Shown: positions 46,080 through 55,980 of the stretch, one piece after another
Numbering within the stretch: the stretch's first letter is position 1
How the letters are laid out: the number at the start of each line of letters is the position of its first letter
Made by a program: the position numbers and the translations under genes
Assembly (NCBI GenBank): GCA_039804105.1
Contig: JBDRZU010000001.1
Span: 66,602-130,601 of the forward strand
DNA from: a candidate division WOR-3 bacterium
GTDB taxonomy: Bacteria > Hydrothermota > 32-111
Direction: 5' to 3'
DNA length: 64,000 nt
Notes under the pieces: generated by a model
What the model saw: only the letters and a program-made list of their open reading frames with translations
Database searches by the model: none
What the model was told of the DNA's origin: nothing

Positions 46080-47921
46080 ATGAAATTCAACAAAAATATT
46101 AGAAATATCGCGATAATTGCTCATGTTGATCATGGTAAAACAACACTTGTTGATTCAATGTTTAAACAGAGTGGAATCTTTAAAGTTAGAGATGGGATTG
46201 AGGAGAGGATAATGGATTCCCTCGATCTTGAAAGGGAGAGGGGGATAACGATAGCAGCAAAAAATTGTGCCATAAATTATAAGGATGTAAAAATAAATAT
46301 AATCGATACTCCAGGCCATGCTGATTTTGGAAGTGAAGTCGAAAGGGCTCTGTTTATGGTTGATGGAGCGATATTACTTGTTGATGCATCTGAAGGTCCA
46401 TTACCTCAAACAAGGTTTGTTTTGAAAAAAGCTCTCGAAAAAAATTTGAAAATCATTGTTGTTATAAACAAAATTGATAGAAAAGATGCAAGGATAAAAG
46501 AAGTTTCTGATGAAATATTTGAACTTTTCATATCATTAGATGCAACAGATGAACAACTCGACTATCCTGTTTTATATGCTATCGGTAGAGATGGAATAGC
46601 AAAAAGAAGAGTCGAGGATGATTCAAAAGATCTTACTCCACTTTTTGAAACCATCTGTAATTATATCCCAGCTCCAATTTACAAAGACGATGAAATATTC
46701 CAGATGCTTGTTTGTGATCTATCATATTCTGATTACCTTGGTAGGTTAGCTATTGGAAAAGTTGTTAACGGAAATGTGAAGAAAAATGATCAACTTGTCC
46801 GTATAAATTCTGAAAAAAATATAATACCTTTAACTGTTACAAAACTTCAGGTTTACGAAGGTAACAGGATAAAAGAAGTTGATAGTGTTGAGAGTGGTGA
46901 AATAATAGTTCTTGCAGGAGTTGATGATGTAAAAATCGGTGATACGATATGCAATAAAGATTTTCCGGAGAGTTTACCTGGAATATTCATCGATGAGCCA
47001 GCAATATCCATGGTTTTTACGGTCAACACTTCACCACTTGCAGGAAGGGAAGGTACGAATGTTCAGTCGGGGAAATTGAGAGAAAGGTTATACAAAGAGA
47101 CATTGAAGAATGTTGGAATCCAGGTTGAAGATGGTATTGAACCAAACACTTTTATAGTGAAAGGAAGAGGTGAACTCCAATTATCCATATTGATAGAGAG
47201 TATGAGGAGAGAGGGATTTGAACTTACAGTTGGAAGACCAAAAGTTATTTTCAAATATAAAGATGGAAAAACTTTTGAACCTATAGAACATATATTCATA
47301 GACACTGAAGATAAATATGTTGGTATAGTTACAGAAAAATTATCATTAAGAAAAGGTATCATGTACAACCTTTCAACAAATGCTAACGGAAGAGTAAGAA
47401 TCGAGTTTCTGATCCCTTCGAGGGGGCTTATAGGTTATAGATCAGAATTCCTGACAGATACGAGAGGAACAGGTATTATGAATGGCTATCTGAAAGGGTA
47501 TGAAGAGTATAAAGGAGATATACCATCAAGAACAACAGGATCACTCGTTTCGGAAAATGAAGGAAGGGCTGTTGCTTACGCTTTATCTTATCTTGAAGAG
47601 AGAGGGCGACTTTTTATAGTTCCAAATGATCCTGTTTATGAAGGAATGATAATAGGGGAACACAGTAAAGAGAATGACCTTAATGTTAATCCAACAAAGG
47701 AAAAAAGATTATCAAATATGAGATCTGTTTCAAAGGATGATTCCATAATTTTAACACCTGTGATTCCGATGACATTGGAAAAGGCGATGGAATTCATAAA
47801 AGATGACGAGATGATTGAAGTGACACCGAAGTCGATACGTTTGAGGAAAAAGATTTTATCATCACTTGAAAGAAAAAGGTTAAGAGGAGATAAGAGGGAA
47901 GAATATGGAGATGATTTATAA
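46080..47921 (+). CDS. typA: Translational GTPase TypA/BipA
   Basis: The ATG at 46080 behind an AGAGG SD gives MKFNKNIRNIAIIAHVDHGKTTL. DTPGHADF and NKID motifs. The track start at 46029 is rejected. Confidence 0.95.
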   Translation: MKFNKNIRNIAIIAHVDHGKTTLVDSMFKQSGIFKVRDGIEERIMDSLDLERERGITIAAKNCAINYKDVKINIIDTPGHADFGSEVERALFMVDGAILLVDASEGPLPQTRFVLKKALEKNLKIIVVINKIDRKDARIKEVSDEIFELFISLDATDEQLDYPVLYAIGRDGIAKRRVEDDSKDLTPLFETICNYIPAPIYKDDEIFQMLVCDLSYSDYLGRLAIGKVVNGNVKKNDQLVRINSEKNIIPLTVTKLQVYEGNRIKEVDSVESGEIIVLAGVDDVKIGDTICNKDFPESLPGIFIDEPAISMVFTVNTSPLAGREGTNVQSGKLRERLYKETLKNVGIQVEDGIEPNTFIVKGRGELQLSILIESMRREGFELTVGRPKVIFKYKDGKTFEPIEHIFIDTEDKYVGIVTEKLSLRKGIMYNLSTNANGRVRIEFLIPSRGLIGYRSEFLTDTRGTGIMNGYLKGYEEYKGDIPSRTTGSLVSENEGRAVAYALSYLEERGRLFIVPNDPVYEGMIIGEHSKENDLNVNPTKEKRLSNMRSVSKDDSIILTPVIPMTLEKAMEFIKDDEMIEVTPKSIRLRKKILSSLERKRLRGDKREEYGDDL

Positions 47922-47938
47922 AGTTATTTTAAAAATTC

Positions 47939-47967
47939 TTGACTGTTTATGTTAATTTAAATATAAT
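47939..47967 (+). promoter_or_regulatory. Near-consensus sigma70 promoter (TTGACT-N17-TATAAT), 8 nt upstream of an ATG
   Basis: TTGACT at 47939-47944, a 17-nt spacer and TATAAT at 47962-47967. Only taattttt separates the -10 from the ATG at 47976, and there is no SD. Confidence 0.5.
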
Positions 47968-47975
47968 TAATTTTT

Positions 47976-48596
47976 ATGAAAAAATTAAATTTAATCATAA
48001 CTTTGATTTCTATTTTTATAAAATTATTTGCATTAACTGGATCAAAGATTGATAATTCAGTTGGTGCCATATATATTCCCCAAAAAATGTTTTCATATGT
48101 TGATTATTTTAAATTCACCTCAACTTTTGATTCTTTGAATTTGAATTATTTTACTTTTTCCAGCGAAATGGACACTTGTATTTCAGAAACATTTGAAAAA
48201 ATAGTCCCCCACATTTCAATTGACTCAATAAAAATTTCAGATTTTGATTATCTTATTATACTTGGCGGTAAAGGAATTTTAAACGAACTTGAAAACAAGA
48301 AACTTTTAAAACTTATAAAAGAGTGTGATCAGAATAAAAAATTTATCATAGCCATAGGTTTTGCTCCAGTTTTGCTTGTAAAAGCGAATGTTACAGATGG
48401 GAAGTATGTAACGATGACAGACACCTATGTTTTGTATGAAAAAGTGAAGGATAAAAAATTTAAGTATATTGATAGAGATATAGTTTCATCTAAAAATCTT
48501 ATAACAACGCAGACAAACAATAACCTTGATCTTCTGATCAAAAAATTTTTTGAGATTTACAATGGTACTTTTGATTCAAAGAGTTCTGGAAAGTAA
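47976..48596 (+). CDS. Exported DJ-1/PfpI-like protein lacking the nucleophile Cys
   Basis: Signal peptide MKKLNLIITLISIFIKLFA. DJ-1/PfpI-like blocks DFDYLIILGGKG and KKFIIAIGFAPVLL, with AIGFAP in place of the canonical AICHGP. Also IVSSKNLITTQ. Confidence 0.6.
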   Translation: MKKLNLIITLISIFIKLFALTGSKIDNSVGAIYIPQKMFSYVDYFKFTSTFDSLNLNYFTFSSEMDTCISETFEKIVPHISIDSIKISDFDYLIILGGKGILNELENKKLLKLIKECDQNKKFIIAIGFAPVLLVKANVTDGKYVTMTDTYVLYEKVKDKKFKYIDRDIVSSKNLITTQTNNNLDLLIKKFFEIYNGTFDSKSSGK

Positions 48597-49002
48597 AATT
48601 TTTGTAGAAGAGAAACTTTTTTCATCAACAGGTAGAGGTCTTTTGATTTTTGTATGTTTTAAAAAGGATGATTTGAAAAATCAACCTGATTTTGATAAAG
48701 TGGTGAAAAAGGTTTTAAATTTTCGAATTTTTGAAGATGAAAACAGAAAATTTAATAGATCGATCGAGGATGTAAAAGGAGAGATCATGCTTGTCTCACA
48801 GTTTACACTTGTGAGTAGAAATTTTGATGGAAACAGACCATCTTTTGATGATTCTCTTGGATACGAAGAAGCAAAGATTCTGTTTGAAAAAATGTATGAA
48901 AAATTTAAAGAGAAGATAAAAACTGAAAAGGGAAGTTTTGGTGAATACATGAGGGTCCATCTTATAAATGATGGGCCAGCGACATTTATTCTGGAGTTCT
49001 GA
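48562..49002 (+). CDS. dtd: D-aminoacyl-tRNA deacylase
   Basis: MVLLIQRV N-terminus, plus SQFTL, GNRPSF and NDGPATF motifs. Start taken at the second ATG. Confidence 0.85.
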   Translation: MVLLIQRVLESKIFVEEKLFSSTGRGLLIFVCFKKDDLKNQPDFDKVVKKVLNFRIFEDENRKFNRSIEDVKGEIMLVSQFTLVSRNFDGNRPSFDDSLGYEEAKILFEKMYEKFKEKIKTEKGSFGEYMRVHLINDGPATFILEF

Positions 49003-49817
49003 TGAAGAGTATGACAGGTTATGTTAAACTTTCAAAAAGTATAAAAGGTTATGGGAGTGTTACCTGTGAGATAAGGTCTGTTAACGGGAAGGGACTGAAT
49101 ACAACTTTTAAATTACCTTATGAACTATCGACACTTGAAAATGACCTTAGAAAAATAATTTCAAAGAAGATTAAAAAAGGAAACATTTCAGTGAATTTTT
49201 TTGTTAACTATTCAAGTGATTATATTCAAAATTTTGTTGAAACAAGAATCAAATCCCTTGAAAAGGTTATGGGAATGGAGAAATATGAAAAATTTTTGCC
49301 TCTTGTGTACTCCGATGTATCAAATTATATTCCACTTGTAAAAAAGGTTGAAAGGGATACACTCCTTTCCATTGTAAAACTTTTTAAACTTTCACTTTCA
49401 TCATTTATAAAATATAGAGAGGAAGAGGGAATGGAGATAAAAAAGATAATCCATCAGTATATAAAGATTTTGAATTCAAATATAAATTCGATTAAAAACC
49501 TTTCAAAAAATATTGTAAAAGAAAAAAAAGAAAAACTGAAAAAACTTCTCGGTGAATATAATGAACAGTTAAAAAATGAGTTGATACTTTACGCTGACAA
49601 AGTTGATATAACAGAGGAGATAGATAGATTTAAAATTCATCTCAGGAGATTGAAAAAGGAAGAATCCGGTTCATCCATCACATTTGTTTTACAGGAATTA
49701 CAAAGGGAAGCGAATACGATTTCGTCTAAGTCAGAGGATGTAAGAATTATCGAAAAGGTTATAATAATAAAAGAGATAATTGAAAAGATGAAAGAGCAGG
49801 TAGCGAATGTTGAGTAA
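49002..49817 (+). CDS. yicC: YicC family stress-induced protein (endoribonuclease family)
   Basis: MKSMTGY...EIRSVNGKGLN N-terminal domain. C-terminal DUF1732-like ELQREANTISSKS. Confidence 0.85.
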   Translation: MKSMTGYVKLSKSIKGYGSVTCEIRSVNGKGLNTTFKLPYELSTLENDLRKIISKKIKKGNISVNFFVNYSSDYIQNFVETRIKSLEKVMGMEKYEKFLPLVYSDVSNYIPLVKKVERDTLLSIVKLFKLSLSSFIKYREEEGMEIKKIIHQYIKILNSNINSIKNLSKNIVKEKKEKLKKLLGEYNEQLKNELILYADKVDITEEIDRFKIHLRRLKKEESGSSITFVLQELQREANTISSKSEDVRIIEKVIIIKEIIEKMKEQVANVE

Positions 49818-50379
49818 AGGTTTTTTGCTTATTCTATCATCTCCATCAGGTGGAGGAAAAACGACATTATGCAAAATGATTCTCGAAAATGTTAAAGATA
49901 CGGTTTATTCGATATCAGCGACGACGAGGGAAAAAAGAAAAGGTGAAACTGATGGAAAGGACTATTATTTTTTGACTGAAGAAGAATTTTTACAGAAAGA
50001 AAAAGAAGGTTTTTTTGCTGAAACTGCTACCGTTCATGGAAAAAGGTACGGAACACCCAAAAAATTTTTGGATGATATGATAGAAAAAGGTAAAATAGTC
50101 GTTATGGATATTGATGTGGTTGGAGCTATCAACATTATGAAAATATATCCAAATTCTGTTTCGATTTTTATAATGCCTCCTTCTATGGAGGAACTTGAAG
50201 AACGACTCAAGAAAAGAAGTAGAGATGGAGTTGATGATATCAAAGTACGCCTTGAGAATGCGAAAAAAGAGATTGAATTTTCGAAACATTTTAAGTATAC
50301 TGTGGTCAACAGAAACTTAGAAGATGCTTTTCAAAACATAAAAGAAATTATAGAAAAAGAAAAAGGAGGATATAGATGA
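49807..50379 (+). CDS. gmk: Guanylate kinase
   Basis: P-loop SSPSGGGKTTL and the SATTR motif. Conserved yicC-gmk-rpoZ order. Confidence 0.9.
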   Translation: MLSKGFLLILSSPSGGGKTTLCKMILENVKDTVYSISATTREKRKGETDGKDYYFLTEEEFLQKEKEGFFAETATVHGKRYGTPKKFLDDMIEKGKIVVMDIDVVGAINIMKIYPNSVSIFIMPPSMEELEERLKKRSRDGVDDIKVRLENAKKEIEFSKHFKYTVVNRNLEDAFQNIKEIIEKEKGGYR

Positions 50380-50603
50380 AAGTTGTTCCAATCGATGAGA
50401 TTTATAAAAAAGTAAAAAACAAATATCTTGCTGTTGTTCTTATTGCAAAAAGAGCAAAAAAATACAATCAGGAAAACTATTTGTATTTTAATTCAAAAAA
50501 TGAAAAACAACCGGAAAATCTTATTAAAAACGAACCTGTAAAAGATGCTTTTAATGATTTCTTTGATGGATTACTTGATGAAAGAATAAAAGATTATGAG
50601 TAA
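50376..50603 (+). CDS. rpoZ: DNA-directed RNA polymerase subunit omega
   Basis: 75 aa with NKYLAVVLIAKRAKKY, typical of omega. Position after gmk. Confidence 0.7.
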   Translation: MKVVPIDEIYKKVKNKYLAVVLIAKRAKKYNQENYLYFNSKNEKQPENLIKNEPVKDAFNDFFDGLLDERIKDYE

Positions 50604-51750
50604 AATCCTTTTAGGTGTAACTGGTTGTATTTCTGCTTATAAATCTGCTTCATTGATAAGGGAGTTCAAAAAGAGTGGAGATCAGGTAAAAGTTATTCTT
50701 ACGGATAATGGTGCCAGATTTATTACACCTTTAACTTTAAGAACTCTTTCAGAAAACAGAGTTTACACCTCTCTATTCGATGATGAAAATGAATGGTCAA
50801 CAGAACATATCAGTTTGAGCAGATGGGCTGATATACTTGTGGTTGCACCAGCATCAGCAAACATTATCGGTAAATTTGCCTCTGGAATCGCTGATGATCT
50901 TCTTTCAACAACCTTTCTTTCTTTTGATAAGAAGATTTTAATAGTTCCAACGATGAACAAGAGTATGTATGAGAATAAAGCAACAGCTGAGAATATAAAA
51001 AAGTTGAAAGAAAGAGGAATATTTGTGATGGAACCAGAAGAGGGTTTCCTTGCGTGTGGAGAGGAAGGGAAAGGAAGGTTTCCTGAAATCGAAAATATTT
51101 TTCTTTTGACAAAGAGGTTACTTTATCCTCAAGAAGTTTTAAAAGGTAAAAAAATAATAATAACAGGTGGTGGGACTTTTGAAAAAATTGATCCTGTTAG
51201 AGGGCTAACAAATCTTTCATCAGGTAAAATGGCTCTCTCTTTTGCAAAAGCAGCATATTTTAACAAGGCTGAAAAAATACTTTTCGTTCATGGTAGAATC
51301 GATCAAAAACCTTATCATTTTTCTGAAAATATAAAGGTTGAAAGTTCTGAAGATATGAAAAAGGTTTTGGAAGAGAGAATCGATGAATATGACATCCTTG
51401 TTATGGCTGCTGCTGTTACAGATTTTAAACCCGAATATAGTGAAAATAAAATAAAGAAAAAAAATGATCTAGAGTTAAAGTTACACACTACCGAAGACAT
51501 TTTAAAATCTTTTAACGATAAGAAAATATTGAAAATTGGTTTTGCTCTTGAAAGTGAAAGCCATATCGATAATGGTCTAAAAAAAATGAAAGAAAAAAAT
51601 CTTGACTATATAATAGTAAACGATCAAAACAATCTGGGAAAAGATAAAGGAACTGTTACGGTCGTTGCAAAAGATGGAAAATTTTTAAAAATTGAAGATC
51701 TTGACAAATTTGAAATTGCTTTAAAGGTTTTTGAATGGATAAAATTTTGA
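50596..51750 (+). CDS. coaBC: Bifunctional phosphopantothenoylcysteine decarboxylase / phosphopantothenate--cysteine ligase
   Basis: Flavoprotein N-domain ILLGVTGCISAYKS. CoaB domain ITGGGTFEKIDPVRGLTNLSSGKM and AAAVTDF. Confidence 0.9.
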   Translation: MSKILLGVTGCISAYKSASLIREFKKSGDQVKVILTDNGARFITPLTLRTLSENRVYTSLFDDENEWSTEHISLSRWADILVVAPASANIIGKFASGIADDLLSTTFLSFDKKILIVPTMNKSMYENKATAENIKKLKERGIFVMEPEEGFLACGEEGKGRFPEIENIFLLTKRLLYPQEVLKGKKIIITGGGTFEKIDPVRGLTNLSSGKMALSFAKAAYFNKAEKILFVHGRIDQKPYHFSENIKVESSEDMKKVLEERIDEYDILVMAAAVTDFKPEYSENKIKKKNDLELKLHTTEDILKSFNDKKILKIGFALESESHIDNGLKKMKEKNLDYIIVNDQNNLGKDKGTVTVVAKDGKFLKIEDLDKFEIALKVFEWIKF

Positions 51751-52406
51751 AAAATATAACCGATATATTAAAGTTTGAAAAAAAATTTTATAATAGAAAG
51801 TTTGTTTTAACCGAAGAAATTTGTATAGTTTCTCCCATGGAGATTTTGAAAGAAGAGGTTTTAAACTGCAGAAGTTGCCCAATACAAAAAACTATAAAAA
51901 ATAAAGTTTTTGGAACGGGGCCTTTTGATGCAAAACTTATGATAATTGGTGAAGCACCTGGTGCAGATGAAGATAGAGAAGGTTTACCTTTTGTTGGAAG
52001 GGCTGGTGAAAAATTGACCAAAATGCTTGAATACATAGGTATAGATAGAAAAGATGTTTTTATAGCAAACATTTTGAAATGCAGACCTCCGGGAAATGCT
52101 GATCCAGAACCAGAACAGATATCAAACTGTTTCCCGTTCCTTAAAAAACAGGTCGAAAGTATAAAACCCAAAATAATTTTGACTTTGGGAAGATACGCTG
52201 CAAGTGTTGTTACGGGCGAAAAATCTTTGAAAATGGCTGATTATTTGGATCGCGATCTTGTTTCTATTTTTTTTGAAACACCTGTGGTTGCGACATATCA
52301 TCCCGCTGTTCTTTTACATTCAAAAGGGGAGAGATTAGAGGCCATAAGAAAGCAGATAGCAAAAGATCTGAAAAGATTGAAATCGAGGATGGAAGAAATA
52401 TGTTGA
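51735..52406 (+). CDS. udg: Uracil-DNA glycosylase, family 4 (4Fe-4S type)
   Basis: GEAPGADEDREGLPFVGRAG motif. Cys ligands CRSC ... KCRPPGN ... NCFPF. The ATYHPAVLL motif. Confidence 0.85.
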   Translation: MDKILKNITDILKFEKKFYNRKFVLTEEICIVSPMEILKEEVLNCRSCPIQKTIKNKVFGTGPFDAKLMIIGEAPGADEDREGLPFVGRAGEKLTKMLEYIGIDRKDVFIANILKCRPPGNADPEPEQISNCFPFLKKQVESIKPKIILTLGRYAASVVTGEKSLKMADYLDRDLVSIFFETPVVATYHPAVLLHSKGERLEAIRKQIAKDLKRLKSRMEEIC

Positions 52407-53716
52407 GAGAAAAAAGTTTTTATTCAAGGGAAGCAGAGATGGCTGTTCTTGGTGGGATAATACTCGATGCTCAAAATATTTTAAACGATATAATACCTAA
52501 ACTGAAAGAAGAGCATTTTTATTTTAGTGAAAATAAAAAAATATATTCAACGATAGTTAAAATGTATAACAATTCTGAGAAAGTTGATATAGTTACACTG
52601 AAAAATCGTTTGAAAAGGGAAAATATTTTAAATGAGGTTGGTGGTGATGAATATTTACAGAAACTTGTCGACCAACTGGATCTTTTACCTCATATAGATG
52701 AATACATCAAGATTGTTGAAGAATATTATGTTTTAAGACATCTTTTGAAAACAGCAAAACTGATTAGCGATAGTTGTGCAAGTGATCTTGAGGTTGATAC
52801 AATAATTGAACAGGCGGAAAATGAGATCTTTAAAGTCAGAGAGGGAAGGTATAAATCAGATATTATCCCAGTTTCTGAAAAGATAGGTGAAATTGAAAAG
52901 ATGATAAATTTTTATATCTCGAGAAAAGAACCTGTAACAGGTCTTCCAACTGGCTTTTCAGATCTTGATAAGATGACCACTGGATTTCAGAAAGGTGATT
53001 TTATTGTTATAGCTGCACGACCTGGAGTTGGTAAAACGAGTTTCGCTTTAAACATTTTGATCAACCAGTGTGTTAAAACAAATCCCGATGAAGAAAAGAA
53101 GAAAGGGTTGATATTTTCACTTGAAATGACTTCAGAGCAGTTGATACAGAGAATGTTGTGTTCTTATGCCAATATAACTGGAACAGCGTTAAGGCAGGGT
53201 ATTTTAAAAAAAGAAGATATCCATAACCTTTCTGTTGCGTACAAACATTTTTCTCAATCAGAAATTTATATAGATGACTCAACAAAAGGAACCCCTCTTG
53301 ATATAAGGGCAAAATCAAGAAGAATGGTTCTGGATAAAAAGATTGATTTTATAATTATCGATTACATACAGATGATGCACCTTGACAAAAAGGTAGAAAA
53401 TAAACAGGTTGAAATATCTGAAATATCAAGATCGTTAAAATTACTTGCGAAAGAATTACATATACCTGTTATCGCTCTGGCACAACTTTCAAGATCAACA
53501 GAGAAGAGAAAAGAAAAACCGATACTTTCCGATATAAGAGATTCAGGAAGTATAGAGCAGGATGCTGATGTTGTTATTTTTATACATAGAAAGTTTAAAC
53601 CCGGGACAACTCTTGATGATGCTACTTTAATCATTGCAAAACAGAGAAATGGCCCCACAGGAGAAATTGAAATTTTATTTGATTCTGCAAGAACTCTATT
53701 TAAACAAAAAGTGTGA
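52400..53716 (+). CDS. dnaB: Replicative DNA helicase DnaB
   Basis: N-terminal AEMAVLGGIILD. Walker A ARPGVGKTSFALN. IIDYIQMM. AKQRNGPTG. Confidence 0.95.
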   Translation: MLREKSFYSREAEMAVLGGIILDAQNILNDIIPKLKEEHFYFSENKKIYSTIVKMYNNSEKVDIVTLKNRLKRENILNEVGGDEYLQKLVDQLDLLPHIDEYIKIVEEYYVLRHLLKTAKLISDSCASDLEVDTIIEQAENEIFKVREGRYKSDIIPVSEKIGEIEKMINFYISRKEPVTGLPTGFSDLDKMTTGFQKGDFIVIAARPGVGKTSFALNILINQCVKTNPDEEKKKGLIFSLEMTSEQLIQRMLCSYANITGTALRQGILKKEDIHNLSVAYKHFSQSEIYIDDSTKGTPLDIRAKSRRMVLDKKIDFIIIDYIQMMHLDKKVENKQVEISEISRSLKLLAKELHIPVIALAQLSRSTEKRKEKPILSDIRDSGSIEQDADVVIFIHRKFKPGTTLDDATLIIAKQRNGPTGEIEILFDSARTLFKQKV

Positions 53717-54474
53717 TTATGAAATTGTTGTTTCAAGAATTTATTATAAATTTTGGTGAATTTTTTATACTCTTCTGGAAAGTTTTGAAATCGATAAAAA
53801 AAGTGTTTAAAAATAGAAAAATTGTTGCATACGAAATGTTTGAAATAATAAATGAATCTTTGGGGATATTCGTTCTCGCATCGCTTTTTGCAGGGATGGT
53901 TGCCGCATATCAAACAGCGTATCAGGCAAGAAACTTTTTACCTTTAATATACATACCAACACTTATTACCCAGGCTGTTATACTTGAAATTGGGCCTCTT
54001 CTTGCTGGAATTGGATTTTCAGGTAAGGTCGCAAGTCAAACATCTGCTGAAATATCTTCGATGAAGATAACAGATCAACTTGATGCTTTAGAACTTATGT
54101 CGATCGACCCAGTTGAATACCTCGTAATGCCGAAAGTTGTTGCAACGATGATTATAATACCTTTTTTAACACTTATATGTGAATTTTCGGTAGTTTTTGG
54201 TTCTTTTATAATATCAATTTTAACTTTAGGAATTTCACCTAACGAATTTCTAGAAGGTACAAAAAGAAGTTTTTATTTTTATCAGTTATATGGTGGGCTT
54301 TTCAAATCGATAGTTTTTGGAATTTTCGTAACGATGGTTGCCTGTTTTTTTGGTATGAAAGCAAAAACAGGTGCAAGATCTGTAGGTAAAGCAACAACAT
54401 CATCTGTTACAGTATCTTCTATATCTGTAATAGTTCTTGATTATTTTATAACAAGGATCCTATTTTTATGGTAG
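53713..54474 (+). CDS. mlaE: MlaE-type ABC transporter permease
   Basis: 253-aa multi-TM permease of the MlaE/Ttg2B pattern (…GIFVLASLFAGMVAAYQTAYQ…). Followed by an ATPase and an MCE protein. Confidence 0.8.
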   Translation: MIMKLLFQEFIINFGEFFILFWKVLKSIKKVFKNRKIVAYEMFEIINESLGIFVLASLFAGMVAAYQTAYQARNFLPLIYIPTLITQAVILEIGPLLAGIGFSGKVASQTSAEISSMKITDQLDALELMSIDPVEYLVMPKVVATMIIIPFLTLICEFSVVFGSFIISILTLGISPNEFLEGTKRSFYFYQLYGGLFKSIVFGIFVTMVACFFGMKAKTGARSVGKATTSSVTVSSISVIVLDYFITRILFLW

Positions 54475-55205
54475 AAGTGAAAAATCTTACAAAAAGTTTT
54501 GGTAAAGAAGGGGTGTATGATATCAACCTTTCCATTGAAGAGGGAACTATATGTGCAATAATTGGTAAAAGTGGTTCAGGTAAAAGTTTACTTTTAAAAA
54601 ATATTCTAGGGTTGATAAAACCTGATAAAGGGGAAGTTTACATAGATGGAGTTAATATTCATAAAGCAAAATATTCAGATATAAAACAGGTGAGAAAAAA
54701 GATGGGAGTTCTATTTCAGAACAACGCTCTTTTTGACTCGATGAATGTTTTTGAAAATGTCTCTTTACCTGTTGTTTATAATGATCCTGATTATGATCTT
54801 AACACTTTAAATCAAGAAGTATTGAATATTCTTACTCTACTCTCATTACCTGATATTAGAAATAAAGAAATAAAGGAACTTTCTGGTGGAATGCAAAAAA
54901 GGGTTGCAATTGCAAGATCTTTGATCACAAACCCTTCAATACTTTTTTATGATGAGCCAATAACTGGACTTGACCCTTTAACAGGAAATAAAATAATAGA
55001 ACTTATAAAAGAGATACATATAAAATTGAAAAAAACAACTGTTGTTATTACCCATGATCTGAGAGGTTTCATCGATTTTATAGATCATATACTTTTGCTT
55101 GATAACGGTAAAGAAATTTTCTGGGGCACAAAGGAAGAATTTTTTTTATTTGATAACGAGATTGCAAAATCGTATTTAAAAATGGCGGGTCAAAATGGAA
55201 GATAA
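54468..55205 (+). CDS. mlaF: MlaF-type ABC transporter ATP-binding protein
   Basis: Walker A GKSGSGKSLL, signature LSGGMQKRVAIAR, and Walker B ILFYDEP. Confidence 0.85.
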   Translation: MVEVKNLTKSFGKEGVYDINLSIEEGTICAIIGKSGSGKSLLLKNILGLIKPDKGEVYIDGVNIHKAKYSDIKQVRKKMGVLFQNNALFDSMNVFENVSLPVVYNDPDYDLNTLNQEVLNILTLLSLPDIRNKEIKELSGGMQKRVAIARSLITNPSILFYDEPITGLDPLTGNKIIELIKEIHIKLKKTTVVITHDLRGFIDFIDHILLLDNGKEIFWGTKEEFFLFDNEIAKSYLKMAGQNGR

Positions 55206-55980
55206 AAAAATTTTTATAATCGGTCTTACGGTTTTTATCGGTATTGCTATCTTGATCTTTTTAAGTTTTTTCATGAACAAGGTAAGATTTTTTACAGACA
55301 ATAATTATGTTCTTGTAAAATTTTCTCATGCTGATGGTGTAAAGGTAAACGATGAGGTAAGATATAGAGGTGTAAAGTGTGGGACGGTGGTTGATGTTGT
55401 TTTAACAAGGGATTATGTGCTTTTAAAATTATGGTTGAAAAAAGATTTTAAAGTTGGAAAGAATTCTTTTGTTGCTATACAGGATCTTGGTATAATTGGT
55501 GGAACAAAATACATATTCGTTCAACCTTCTGGTGATACACTCTATAGATATCCTTATGATACACTTGTTGGAGTTAACAGAGATTTTAACATTTCTGAGA
55601 TTGGGATAATAATATCTGATATCAGAGAGATGGTATTCAACGCTATTCCATCAAAGGAGAGAGTTGAAAAAATAGTTGATACCCTTTTTTCCGCATTGAA
55701 GAAGATAAATGATCTGGTTGAAAAAAATGATAAGGATATAAACAGTATAGTTACCAAACTTTCATACAGTTCAGATAAAGTCAGTATGATAGTTGATTCT
55801 TTGTATCCTGCGATGTTGTCATTGAAGAAAGAGATAGAAATTTTCTCTGAAGGGAGTGGGAGTGTAAAAAGGATACTCAGAGAGGATACTGTTTATATAA
55901 GGTTGAATGAGAGTTTGAAAAAGTTGAACAGGATACTTGATGAGATAGAAAAAAACAAAATAGTAAAGGGATGTCTGTGA
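55195..55980 (+). CDS. mlaD: MlaD-like MCE-domain protein
   Basis: N-terminal TM anchor and an MCE-like core (VKFSHADGVKVNDEVRYRGVKCGTVVDV). Confidence 0.7.
   Translation: MEDKKIFIIGLTVFIGIAILIFLSFFMNKVRFFTDNNYVLVKFSHADGVKVNDEVRYRGVKCGTVVDVVLTRDYVLLKLWLKKDFKVGKNSFVAIQDLGIIGGTKYIFVQPSGDTLYRYPYDTLVGVNRDFNISEIGIIISDIREMVFNAIPSKERVEKIVDTLFSALKKINDLVEKNDKDINSIVTKLSYSSDKVSMIVDSLYPAMLSLKKEIEIFSEGSGSVKRILREDTVYIRLNESLKKLNRILDEIEKNKIVKGCL

Noticed and set aside
53362-53913. A 183-aa antisense ORF spanning the dnaB/mlaE junction. It is the longest unexplained ORF in the track.
   Set aside because: It overlaps the highly conserved DnaB C-terminus and the MlaE N-terminus. It has no recognisable domain, signal or SD. 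I consider it a shadow ORF, and only expression data could revive it.
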